Shown piece after piece: positions 39,847-52,812 of a stretch of 64,000 nt of DNA. Source of the DNA: Thalia democratica (taxonomy: Eukaryota). How positions within the stretch are numbered: the stretch's first letter is position 1; every line of letters starts with the position of its first letter. A program made the position numbers and the translations under genes. Where the stretch lies: positions 49,972,001 to 50,036,000 of the forward strand of contig OZ241832.1 in assembly GCA_965202585.1 (NCBI GenBank), read 5' to 3'. The notes under the pieces are model-generated. The model was not told where the DNA came from, did not search any database, and worked only from the letters and a program-made list of their open reading frames with translations.

Positions 39847-42800
39847 CTAGTTTTTGGGAATATAGTTGTCGGCACATGAGAATCGTTTGCAGCTAAAAAA
39901 CTTTTCTATGGTCGCTTCATCTACGTTCTCTCTATTCTTTTGATGATTTGCTACAAATGCTTGAAGTACTTCAATCAGACGTTTCTTGAGTTCTCCCGAT
40001 AAAAGTTCTCCTTTAGCATATGCCTAAAATTAATATGAAGATAAAATTATCAAATTTAAATAAAAGTTACTTTAAAATTTAATACCAAGTTTGAAAATAT
40101 ATAACGTTACTAACAGCTTTAATTTTTTCATATTCTTCATCATCGTCTAAGAAGAAATTAAGATATTTAATGCACACATCAACTTCAATATTTCCTCCAA
40201 GTTTTCGGTGCAATTCAACTGTATCTTGGCCTCCACTGAATGCGTACTTATTAATCTGTATAAAATTTTTAAAAATCATGTAAATCACTTATATATCAAA
40301 GTAAATAACTAAGAATACTTTTAAATAAGATCAAATTAGATTATTAAGTTAAACTAAAATAAAATAAAAAATAATTTTTTTGAAAAAATACCTTAGTTTT
40401 TATTTGTTGGGGCGTATCAGTGAGAAATATTCCGCTGTTTTCATCTGAAGCACTCATCTTAGAGACGGCTCCTTGCAATGCCGGAAAAAACACGGAGTGA
40501 ATCAACGCAGGCTTTTTGAATCCTAACGTTGGTGCATAATGTCTTGTCAAGCGGAAGTATGGATCCTATAATAATTGAAAATAACTAATTAAGTAAAGTT
40601 TAATTTAGAAACTTTAATGTTATGTTAGTTTGTTCTTCGATTATAGCGCTATGGATCATATGCATACACATATACTTTGCAAGAAGCATTGAGCTTTTAA
40701 GGAAAATAATGTGATTTAACTAATAAAATAAGTTCTAATTTTTAAAAGGCTCTAACTAAAAATACTACTACATTTTTGCCCTTTTTAAAATAGTTGATAA
40801 GATCTAGAAAAGTATTTGTAGAAGCAATAACAAATTATTTTTTTTTTTGATACTAAATATGTAAAATAAAATCGTACTCAGTTTTCATTAAATACAATAT
40901 TTTTCATTAATAGTTTTATAGCGTTAAATTTGGGTAAACATATTTCAAAACTCATCATAAACCGAATGTTTAAGCAATTGAATGTAAATTAAAACTATCA
41001 GTTTGTATTATTATTAAATTGAACTAGTATAAATAACAAAATGCTTTGACATTACCTGATCGATAGCGCATGGAATGAGACATTCCACGTCTCTACATCC
41101 GTTAAAAATGTGTGGAAAACTGGAAGAAAATGAAGGGCAAGCTTGCACTGGTGGAAAACTTACTTGTCCTAGAATAAAATTTATTTATTTTTATTTAGTG
41201 ATAAATTTTTATTCCAAAATTAAATAAATATATGTAAAACTATACTTTTATATGTATTGTTCTATAATAAGAATTTGAACTTTTTAATTCAACTACTTGA
41301 AAATACGTTGTTTATCTGTTTTAGATTGAATTAAAACTTTTAATTAACCAATATTATTATCTCCTTCGAAGCCGAAACAGCCTTTTACTTGATTTAATGT
41401 AACAGCCTTTTTAAACTTGATAATATTCTTGAAGAATTCTTTTCTGTGAGCATAAATTATTTTATATAAACTTAAATGTTTATGCTTACTGTTAGTTTTT
41501 ATTTTAAATTAACATTACTTTTATAAGCGTTTCAAACGTGTTTTAATAATTAGATTTCACTTTTTATAAAATTTTTTGTTTCAAATTAAAAAAATTGAAT
41601 ATCCATTACCCATGTCCCTCAGTTATATATTCAACATCAGTGAAAATAAAAGTTTTGTCCGGGTCAAATCCGCAAGCGATAATATCTTTGGCGTTTGCGT
41701 AAGCTAAATCGGTGTAATCATCAAGGTTCTTGCCGTCCTTGAAGAAAAATTTTTCATCATCAGTCATCTGTATGACTAACGGCACATCAAACACTTTCTG
41801 AAGCCATCTGGTATAAAAATAGCTAGTAAAAACTTGTTCCGAAAATTGCAGTTTTAGTGTGTTAAGTGTAAAGTTTAGTAGTAACAAAAATATCTGAGTA
41901 TAATTAAAAGAAAACAACTTAATAAAAAGCTTAAACTATAAAAAGTAATTTTTGAAAATATTATTTCTAAACATTAAAAACACATTAAATTATTGTGTAT
42001 TAATTACTGTGCCACTAACTGAGTGAACATGAAAGGAACCATATGACCAAGATGCATAGCAGTAGATGAAGGTCCACGTCCAGTGTACAAATAAAACGGC
42101 TTCCCAGCTATGTAGTTCATTAACACTTGATCCAATTCTCTGGATGGAAAATTATGATAAATCAATAAGCTTTTTATAAAGTCAAAACTTGCACATAGAT
42201 ACTTATTAGATATTTCATTTAATAATATTAGCAACGCAACACAGATTTTCCGTAGATAACTCTATACTTTTATAGAAGTTTATGATAGTTCAACTACAAA
42301 TATAGAAAATAGATACATTATTTTTAGAATAATTAAAAAAAAAGACGTTTTTAAAATTTCTATTTGCATTAATTTTTATACTGATGTTTTTAAACTAATT
42401 TGTATTTGTTAACTAATAATAAAAACCTATGAGAAAAAAATATTTTTCTTCTAAGAAAGGTATGCATTTTCATATTCTTTTCGTCTAGAACTTCTTGAAA
42501 TTTTTCTAACACATCTTCACTAATTCTTTCTGATCCAAACTTAACTGCAAATTATACTTTTTATTTTTATCCATGCTTATACTTATTAAGGTTTATTAAA
42601 AGTTAAGTCCCGTAGATCATTTTTCTAAAGTTTTTAACTTAAGACGTTCCTATAATATAAGACCTAATTAATGATGATAAAACAGCAAAATATCTGGTTA
42701 ACGAGTAGTAATTAGACAGAAAGTTTAATGATATCTAGTAAAGTGATTAAATTGTTTTAACTGTTTACAAAGATTTTTTATTAAAAATAACTTTATGAAG

Positions 42801-42999
42801 ACTACCAAAATTCTTAAAAATAAAATTGAAAAGAAAAATCAAGATCAAACTTATATAAATGGTTCAGCTTACCAATGAGTTTTTCATAATCAATTCCTTT
42901 ATTGCTTGATGCCTTTACAGACCACGGATCTACAACATCTTCAGTTTCTGAGTTATTTATTGAAGTGTTTTCCATTTTACGAGTAATTTCTTCTGCCAT
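39847..42999 (-). CDS. WARS1: Tryptophanyl-tRNA synthetase, copy 5 (apparently intact, 9 exons)
   Basis: All exons are in frame, with the 7-A run at 42434-42440. [42 protein letters not shown] and SGELKK are all intact. Confidence 0.93.
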
Positions 43000-43329
43000 T
43001 TTTGCTTTTATGTAATAGTTTTCTGAAAATTTTTAATGAACAGGAATTAGTATAGAAAAAATCTAAATTGTAACTAAGTTTTTAAGAACCATTCCCTAAA
43101 ATACTTATTTTAATCTTTCTGTAAAATTTTTTAACATGAAAAATAATATTAATAACTTTTTTTTTAACTTAAATTATAGTTCACATAAATTACAAGCAAA
43201 AAATATGTATGTACCCTAAAAGTTAAGGAAATATTAAAATTTTAAATCAGTTTTAACTATAAGAAGTTGCAAAAGTCTTTTTTTTTTCAAAGAGGTTTGA
43301 AAATATTATATTTGTAACTTAAAATATTA

Positions 43330-45730
43330 TAGACTTATAAAAATGATACTTAAATTCCTCATAACCACTAATATAGAACCTAAACTGTACTTAAAGTTAA
43401 AAAAAAATTTTTTATCCTGAATTTTATCCTAAGCTGTTACTCGTTGCTCTCTTACCTTGAAATGACTTTTAGAATGCTTGCATGTAAAATAAAAAGTTGT
43501 AATTTTCTAATTAGTTCCAAAAATCGCTTCATTAAAACCATTTAACAGGATTAGGTAATTTGATACTTTTTTATATCTCACTTAGTTTTCATTATTAAAG
43601 TAAAAGACTAACTTACTTCAGCAAGAGGTTTTTAAATCAATATGTGTCAGAAACTAAGTTAAATAATTTCTTACAAGCTATAATACTAAATAATATATTT
43701 ATAAACCACAAGGACTTTTGAGTTAATAAAATAAAAGTCATTGAAATCAGCTAAGACTCTAAAGTTTTTACGGTGTACCCTTAATTTTGCACAGAAGTTT
43801 AAACAAATACAAGTTTGCCTGTAATATATTAAAGGATATGCAAGATATGAAGTATTATAGTCATTTACTTTAAAAATGAAAAAAATAGTGAGATATAAAA
43901 AGGAATCATATTACTTAATCCACTTAAGTGGTTTAAATGAACAGTTTCTATAAATTAATTAGAAATTTACCTCAAAAATATTTTGGAGACACAACTTTAT
44001 TTTAGAAAGTCAGCATGACATTTTTTTTAGTTGCAAAAAAGTAAACTATACAAACCTTATTAGTATTTGTTAAAGGTAATTTATTGATTAAATTAAATAA
44101 ATAATAAATAACATCTAAATGGAGACTGAAAACCATATAAAGAAAAAAAAATACAATAAATAATTACCTGGTCTTTGTAAACTATACCTCTCTACTTAAA
44201 ATTCCATAAATTTTTCCCATGAAATATATGTCATAAATTTTCAACATAATCTTAATAGAGATGCTTAAAAAAAAATCCTTGTTAGGCCTGAGCTGTGCAA
44301 ATAAGTTTTCACTGAATTTAGCTGACCTGAAGAAAACCTTACTAAAATAAAATGAAACAATTTACCTAGAAGCATATTTACTTTTTTAATTCTCGTAGGA
44401 TAAAAGCCAAAATGTTATTTGAACTGAACAACGGGTTTTAAATTCAACATAACCACTAATTTAGAACCTAAACTATACTTGAAGTTTCTTAAAAATTTAT
44501 TTATTCTGAATTTTATCTCAAGCTGTTACTCCTAGCCCTCTTACCAACAGATTATTTTATTGAATGATTTTATGTAAAATAAAAAGTTAGATTTTTCTAA
44601 TTATTTCCAAGAATTGCTTCATTAAAATCATTTAACAGGATTAAGTAATTTGATTCCTTTCCATTTCTCACTTATTTTATTTTCAAAATAAAATAATAAC
44701 GTACTTCAGCGTGAGTTTTTAAATTCAGTAGTTTTAGACATTATCTAAAATAATTTCTTATAAGCAGAAATATTAAATAAATTATAAATAAATAATAAAG
44801 ACTTTTGAATTAATAAAGTAAGAGTCATTTAAGTTAGCTAAGATTTAAAATTTATTCAATATAGCCATAATTTTGCACAAAAGCTTAAAAAAATACAAGT
44901 ATACCTGTAATATATTAAAGAATAAACAAATTATTTTTTTATAGTTGCAGAAGTCTGTTATTTTTAATTTCAATAATTTTAAATTTTGCAGAAGAAGTAC
45001 AGAAAACTATAAGTAATGATATCAATGGAGGTATTATGGTTTTATATTTGTGCCTAATTTATTATTTCAGAGAAAGGTTTAAAACAATATTAAATACTTA
45101 AAATAACATTTTGTAGACTTGTAATATTGGTATTTAAATTATATAAAAAGGAATCATACTGCTCAATCAAGTTAAGTGGTTTAAATGAACCGTTTCTATA
45201 AACTAATTAGAAATTTACCTCAAAAATATTTTGGATACGCAACTTTATTTTACAAGAAAAAAAAAAACACAATAACATGATAATTTTTTAAATCAGGAAA
45301 AAAGTAAAATATATAAATACTAGAAATATTTGATAAAGGTCATTTATGACACCATTAAATAAATAACATCTAAATGGAGACTGAAAACCATATTAAAAAA
45401 AAAGAAAGATACTTTAAATAATTAAATAGTCTTTGTAAGCTATACCTCTCTACTAAAAATTCTATAAATGTTTACCATAAAACATATGTCATAAACTTTC
45501 AACATAATCTTTAAATAAAGATGTTTAGAAAAAAAATCCTAGTTAGGCCTGAGCTGAGCTATGCTAATAAGTTTTAACTGAGCTGAGATGACCTGAGGAA
45601 AACCTTACTTAAATGAAATGAAACAAACTTAATACTAGTATATTTATTTTTTATATTCTCGTAGGAGAAAAGCCAAAATGTTATTTGAATTGAAATAAGT
45701 TCACAGACAAACAAAAAAAAAACTAAACTG
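43330..45730 (-). repeat. Older tandem duplication of the ~1.1-1.3-kb TrpRS upstream module (43330-44430 and 44440-45730)
   Basis: Two successive diverged copies of the same landmarks: TAGAACCTAAACT.TACTT, AAGCTGTTACTC, the UTR-like exon, AAGGAATCATA, GTTAGGCCTGAGCT and TTCTCGTAGGA. Confidence 0.8.
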
Positions 45731-48121
45731 AGGATGAATTAGAAAAATATCTTTTTTTTTTAATTTACTTCTCCTACCAATTATACACTTCATATTGACT
45801 TCCTTTGGCATATTTTTTTATACACTTGATATTTTATTTTCCAGAAAAACATTTCTAAGATTTAACCGTTTTATTCACAATTTTTCATCTAAAACTAAGC
45901 AAGTTACTGGTTAGTTGACGCAGCTGCTTTCAATTATTTTACAGACGACAGAGAAAATTTTAGTTGTCAGCACAAAATAAAGTTAAACCTTTGCTCATTT
46001 ATGTTTTTAAAATTAAATTAAGAAATCAATAAGTAAGTTGTCCTAATCGCTAAATTTATTTACACAAACAATTCTTTTAAGTTTTATATCCATAATTAGT
46101 AGGTATTGTGTACTAAGTTTGTTTATAGTAGTTAAAACTTTGAATATTGAACAAACAAAAGTTTTGAATAAAAATTGATGCTTTCAAATTATATGAAAAA
46201 ATTATAAGTAATAATGGATAGTTTATCGTTACTTAGTATTCTTATTGATTTTTCATGAAAATTTCTCAGCAGTTTTTCTCTGAAGACACATCATTTGTAT
46301 ACAAAATTTGTTTAAAAATACTTTTAGCACTAAAAAACTAATCAATTATTGTTTGTTAAAAGTATAAACTATTTGAATAAACATTTAGTGTATAAAATTT
46401 TGAAATTTAGAATAGTTTAATTTATAGTTATGTTTAAACTTATGACAAGTTTTATGCTCTCACTACTAAGGTTTTTTCAATATTAACCTTACTTAATAAT
46501 TTTCTAAAGTAAAAATACTGAATTTAACAAGCACTAAGATAAAACAATTAAAGAGTTGTATGTGAAAATAGCAAATCTTTACATTTCAATATAAAACAAA
46601 CAGTTTTTATTTAGTATTCAGATTTCTTGCAAATCTGCTAAACAATGTGTTTGGCACAAGTTTTTGTAACAATTGAAACAAAACTTTCTAAAATTTGTCT
46701 TAACTACTTGAGTAAATTTTTATTAGTTATCTAATAAAAAGTAATAAAACTATTTAAAATTTTTGTTGTATTTAGAATATATAGCGATACTTATTTTCAA
46801 CTAATTTCTTGTTTTGAATATAATAAATCATTATTATTATTAGTAAGTACAAAACAAGCTGTTTATTATATTTTTAATTTTAAGTTTAACAGCTTAGAGA
46901 CCAGGTGACTTTCATGCTTGATTTTTTTTATACTTTAAGAAAAAGATAAGATCATAATTAATAGCCCAATAGTTTCAAAATGTAAAGTACTATTATAAAT
47001 GAAAAAAAAAACACTTATTTACATAAAATATGTTTTTCTACTACTAAAATTATTCGAATTTAGTAGTTTATTACAGATGCGGTTCTTAGACTAATCTCTA
47101 AAGAAAATAGGAAAAAGAGGAAAAAATATTTTTAATAAAAACGATGTTAAGTTAAGAAATTTATTAGTAGAACTGCCTGTTCTTTTTACTAAAGTTTTGA
47201 ATGTTAAGTCCAAACAATTTTTACAACTGCATATAAGCATCAAGCAAGCTATATCACTTTTTTGTCTTATGAATATCTTTGGAACAGCTGGAAAAAATTT
47301 AAATATGTTTTGCATAATAAATTAAATACAAATCTGTAAACTATGAGAGCCTGTTTCTAAAAGGAAACCCTTAAATAAATTTTACAAAAATTTCAGTTGA
47401 AAACGCTAGTTTAAATAAATAAATTAAAACAATTTACTTTTTTTGAACTACGTATTGTAGTTTTATTTAAAGTTTAATAGTTTTCAAAATAAACTGCACT
47501 CTTATATCTTTTAAAATAAGTCAATAGGAAGCAAATTTTTATTTGTTTTAAACAAAAAGCAATTAAAAATTTGGTTTTATTAAATCAGATACCCGTACAT
47601 CTATAACCATGATATTTTCTTTTGATTTTTTTCATTGTTGTAGTTTACTAAAACTCATCATGTAACTTTAAATACACTTATTTACTTTTAAAAACATATG
47701 TTAAGCAAATGTTACATGTTATTAGTTTTTTTGATAATGCAGTTAAAAACTAATTTACTGAAAATCAGATTCCCGTACGTATTGTAGTATTATACTGTTA
47801 TTATATATAATTTAAAGGTAAATATAAACGGTTTTATTTATAAAAAGTGATGAAAATTACTTCATTTATAAATAGTTTTATCAACTAAGAAAAGAATATC
47901 AATATTGTTTGCAGAGATATAAAGCATAGCTAAATTTGAAATAAACTATACGTAATTTTTTTTTACGTTTAGAGGCTAAAAAAAAACAGACCTCAAGAGA
48001 AAAATCTTTGATTTAGAAAATTTATCTGGTTTGTGGTTTTCAATCTCTAGATTTTTTTCAACTAAAATCGGTATTCTAAAAATAAGTTTTACATAAAAAA
48101 TATAAACATTTTGAATAGTGA

Positions 48122-48225
48122 ATTTCCTGGACATACGTTAAAAGGTATCAGTGGTATGCGATTAGATAACTGAAAGGTTTTTTCGTGCACCAGGTTCTAG
48201 GACCAAATATTTTGAACGCTTTTAT
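48122..48225. repeat. Dispersed ~100-bp repeat. Inverted relative at ~58770-58865 and related segments in each array spacer (e.g. 22140-22210)
   Basis: Shared motifs TCCTGGACA...AAAGGTTTTT..GT.CACCAGGT...GGACCAAA, seen by eye at moderate identity. Confidence 0.45.
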
Positions 48226-48624
48226 TTTTGTCGTTTATTAAATAACATAAGCTGAATATCTTTAGTTTGTAGCTTTAGTAGGATAAACTTTGATTTTTTT
48301 TAATTTGTAGAGCAGTGATTGTCAAGCTAATAAAAATTTGTGTACACTAAACTACAATAAACAAAAGCGGTGCACACTAAGATCTAGTTTTAATAAATGC
48401 CGCAAGTGGAGGGGCTACGTAAACACTTTTATCAGTTAATTTCTCCACATTTCCGAACTGAATTTATATTTACATTAACAAACGAAGCTGAAATTTATTA
48501 TTTGAACTTTTTAATATTTCTATTGATCTTTATATTTGGTGTACCCTATTTCCACAATGATATTTTATTTATCTAGCATTGTCTTACATAACTATTATTA
48601 AACACATCTCTGCAATCACTACAC

Positions 48625-51363
48625 CAGGGTTTCCCAAAGTGGGCGATATCGCCCCCCTGGGGGCGATAATTAGTAAGGGGGCGAAAGGGTGGGCGATAAC
48701 TAGTAAAGGGGCGAAAAGGGGGCGATTTTAAAATTTTGGGCTGTCATAAAATTTTTACTTTTTTTCTTGCTATGTTACTAGTTTTAGCTTGCTATTAAAT
48801 ATTTGACCCTGAGATAAAACTTAAACAAAAAAGTTTATTTTTTTTATGTAAAATATAGAGAAAAAAATCAAGTACTTATGACTCCTATTTTCAAGTAAAT
48901 TACATATTTTCATTTATATGTTTTGTTATTTGACAATTACATAGATCATAGACGATCGGAATCCCTCTCACCACTTTATAACCTGACATATATGTTATTT
49001 GGGATCATAAATGGTTTGTAAAATTCTATGTTATCTATTACCAACTATCACCTCATGATATTTTCAATTGCTTTTTGAAAAGTCACTAAGTTAGACTGAG
49101 AAATAAAACTATACAGGGTTACCAATTTACCTAGAAACCTGGAAAAAACTGGAATTTGACAATTTAGGCAAAAAAAACCGTAAAAAATCTGGAATTATTA
49201 ACAATTTCAACATATTAAATAGTAAAATTCTGATTTGACACAAAAAAGCTACCCTTTAGATAAAAATATGGATTCCTTCAAGGCAGATCTTTTTGAAGTA
49301 AACGACTTACAGGAAACCTTCTCAGACTTACAAACTAACCTTGAACTTAAAGTAAATTTTTCCAAAGAACGATATGAAAGCTTTTGGAATAAACAAAAAA
49401 TAAGGCAAAAGTATCCAATCATTTGAGAGGAATTTAGATTGTTGTTTATAGTTTTTCCTTCTAGCTATGTTGTTGAAAAAACTTTCAGTTCATTATCAAC
49501 ATCTTAAGCAAAAGATCTAATCTAGATATTTGTAAAGGAGGCTTTATTTTACTGATTAAGAACTAAATTAAAAAAAACTTGCATGCAGTAATGAAGCTCA
49601 TCCTTTACATTATATTAGACTTAAGTAGCAGACATTATTTTATGAAAGTTTATTTATTTTTTTTTGATCTTTTAAAATACTTCTTATTTAACCTGGTTTG
49701 TAATGTATTTTAAAAGTCTTTTTATAATAAAAAAATTATTAAGTTAAGTATTCTACAACAGGTTTGAATAATGCCTAATAAATGTTAATTACGGTAGACT
49801 TCCTCTTGAGTTCGCACTTTTTACCCAAAAAAAGAATGCAAATTTATATTTTCTTAAATTTAATTTAAATAAAGTCTTTTACTAACTAAGTATTGATAAA
49901 ACAAAAAATACACAATATTTGATATTTTATATAGATTTATTTTTTTTATGAATGTTCTTTTTAGGTTTTAGTTGATTTCATATTTATTCATAACGCTATT
50001 GCATATAACATATTTAATTTTATCACTTTGTAAATAAAAATGTTAATAATTTTTGAGTTTGCACTTTTTTATTTTGTTCAAAGTTCGATTTCAAGCGGAA
50101 GTCTACTGTATTTATTAGACGGCATATGTTTTAAATCTGTTAATAGTTTTATTTTGACCTGGTTAATTTTGTAGTTTATATTTGTCGTTTTATATTACAC
50201 TAAAATGTTTTATAGCGTAGTGATAAAAGTATTTGTTTGAAAGAAATTTATTTGACATATTTTTGTTATCACTTGTTTAATCTGTAAAAATAAAAAAATC
50301 TTGATAATCATTAAATTTTTATTTCAAATTTTTTTTTTGGTTTTAAAAGAGTATAGATTTGAAGTCTCTATTTGAAATGACTTTAAATTTTTCATTTAAA
50401 AGGTTCTTAAACTCAATTTTATTTTTTAACTTGATTTATTATTGTTAAAAAATCAATATATCAAGGAATTTTAAACTCTTAATAAAACTGTTTTTTGTTT
50501 TATCTCAATTTTTAATATATTAATAATTAGAATATGTTTTTTTTTTAATAGCTCAACACTAGTTTTTGGTTTTTCACTACTTCTGGTAAATTATTACTGG
50601 CTAATAACTAACGGCTTAATTAAGTTACTTAGTATTAACTTTTAAATGTGCGAAATTCTTTATATGAGAGATTATGAAAATTTCAGGTTTCAGTTAAGAT
50701 TTCAGATCGGTAACGTACGGTAAGATCAAGTCAAATTTCGTACCGCTAAGTAACTTGAAAACTACTTGTGCAAAAAAAAAAAATTTTTTGATACTTAATA
50801 TTTTGAAATACACTTTCAACCTGGTTTTCAGATCAATAAGTATTTCCTAGATCACATAAATACTAAATCATTTTATTACAATTTTGATCGAATTTTTTGA
50901 TTTTCTTATATGTTATTTTATAAAATTATTCAGCCCGCAATAACATTTTTTTAACGAGTTGAAACTAGAAAAGATTTTTAAGTAAATATGAATTGCTGGT
51001 TACAAAAGTTGCCCACCACTACCCTAAAAGTTTGATTAGTTTTAAAACAATTCATATTTAAATAGGATTGATTACAGATTACACAAGGCTTTTTAATAAT
51101 CAAGTATTTTAATACACTTTACTGGGCGTATAAGAAAACAACTGTAACTTATTTTCTCAAGCCCTGTAAACTACTTTGAATACAGCCACAAAAATGCTTG
51201 CATAAGAAATACTAGACTAAAATACATTTCAAACACAACGTTTTTGGCTCAAAAATTTGTACTCAAGAGAAAAACTACTTTGTAAAATCGTGGGGTTGGG
51301 GGGCGATTATTTTTCAAATTTCTGAAAAGGGGGCGATTTAGTAAATGAGTTTGGGAAACCTTG
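48625..51363 (+). mobile_element. Defective hAT DNA transposon of the Buster/Charlie group (2739 bp)
   Basis: TIRs CAGGGTTTCCCAAA / TTTGGGAAACCTTG. Perfect 8-bp TSD CACTACAC (48617-48624, 51364-51371) with the central TA typical of Buster-type targets. GGGGCGA subterminal repeats at both ends and a transposase remnant inside. Confidence 0.9.
49235..49612 (+). pseudogene. C-terminal remnant of a hAT (Buster/ZBED5-like) transposase dimerization domain
   Basis: ...ESFWNKQKIRQKYPII*EEFRLLFIVFPSSYVVEKTFS..(frameshift)..KRSNLDI...EAHPLH matches the hAT FPSxYxxExxFS motif and the Buster-like H-P-x-H terminus. Contains a stop and frameshifts. Confidence 0.75.
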
Positions 51364-52714
51364 CACTACACAATGTTCAGTACAGTACTTTTAGAATAGT
51401 ATATCAAATATTAAACACACTTTATGTCTTTTGCTTTGTGATTATTGTCTGTATTAACTAAAAATGTTGAACAAATAAGAAAACGACAAAAAAAACGAGT
51501 TAAAAACAGCTCAGTTCAAAATAATGTATATATTGTTGCTCTCCGTAAAGTTGATCCTGACATTATTCATACACTGAAATATTGCACTTCACGATGTTCA
51601 TGGTTGTAACTGATTGTAACTTTTTTTGTTAAACAAACTAAATACTGAAAGTTAGACTATGATCAATTAAACATATTCTAAGGTTAGATATGAAATTTCT
51701 TACATAAAACTTCATTTTAAGTTTTTAGATGAACATATTAATTTAGTTTGAGTTTGTTACTTTTTCAAGTAAAAATATTATATGACCAAAAACCAATTTA
51801 TAATTCAATAAATTAGTTTAGATTCCTTTTTTAAAATATGTTGGCCAAAAATTAATAAAAAAAGTAATAAAGTTTAAAAGAAAAAAAATCATCAAATAAC
51901 TTAACACATGGTCAATTAAAAAAAAAGATTAAGATTCAGAAAAAAATATTAAACTAGTCTAAATATTTCAAAAATAAATTTAATCAAATATGTGTCAGCA
52001 TGAGTTTTTCAAAAAAAAACTTTGCCTTAGTTTTTGAACTATTAACTAGCCTTAAAGTTATCCTGAGTAGTCTGAGTGTGTGAAAATCCTGGTTTTTAAA
52101 TAACTAAATGCAATTATTGACTTCTGATAGTAGTAAATAGATATAAAAAAATACTAGCTAGTAGTAAAAAAATTGTGCTGATTTTTAAGTATTTTAAACT
52201 TTATTTTTTATAAAAAATTTTAAATAAACAAACTTCAATTGTAAAAGTAGTTTTAGATTTGTATTATGAACTAAAAAAATATTTTACTGAATTGTTTAAA
52301 ACTTATTGCTCGGTTATTTTTTAAAAATCTGACTTAGTTTAAAAAGGAAGTTCAATAAAAATTCAAGTTCTAGTTAGTAAGACATTTAAAATGTAAAAAA
52401 AAGAAAAAATAACATTCTAATAGTTTGCAACTAAAATAAATTTAAATATGCAAACACAAGGGTTACGACTTTTTTAGTCAAAACTGTCCTGATTGATCAG
52501 AAAATGTCCTGAATAACTTTAAACTGTCTGTAGTCATCCAAGGGTTTTTATAAATTCTTTTTTTCAATTTAAATTTTTTCAAAGGCAAGAAAAACCAAGC
52601 TTTTCAACAAAAATGATCATAAAATAATTCATTAATACTAAATCAACTACATCTCATTCAAAATGTGAGAAAAAAAATTGTTTGAAAAAAATGAATTTGT
52701 TTTTTTTTAAATTC

Positions 52715-52812
52715 AGGCTGACTCAGAATAGTTTTTAACTCAGTATTTCTTTTAACTCAGTATAGTTTTTAAATTTTAGGCTGAGTAAAAGAAAAATATT
52801 CTGAGTCAGCCT
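52715..52812. repeat. Short inverted-repeat cassette (16-bp perfect arms) within a degenerate repeat region rich in CTGAGT/ACTCAG motifs (~52.0-54.4 kb)
   Basis: AGGCTGACTCAGAATA (52715-52730) and TATTCTGAGTCAGCCT (52797-52812). Confidence 0.7.

Larger units (their letters stand above)
16550..45730 (-). repeat. Head-to-tail tandem array of five ~5.8-kb units, each with a TrpRS gene
   Basis: Stop codons at 16629, 22448, 28227, 34038 and 39847 (spacings 5819, 5779, 5811, 5809). Exons, introns, upstream modules and spacers align by eye across units. Confidence 0.97.

Noticed and set aside
16629-42999. Horizontal transfer or retrogene origin of the TrpRS copies
   Set aside because: The sequence is eukaryotic cytoplasmic type with eight spliceosomal introns in every copy. 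There are no poly(A) tails or per-copy TSDs.
47091-47315. 74-aa - strand ORF and an overlapping frameshifted + strand frame
   Set aside because: AT-rich composition like the flanks, no convincing splice pair and no recognisable family.
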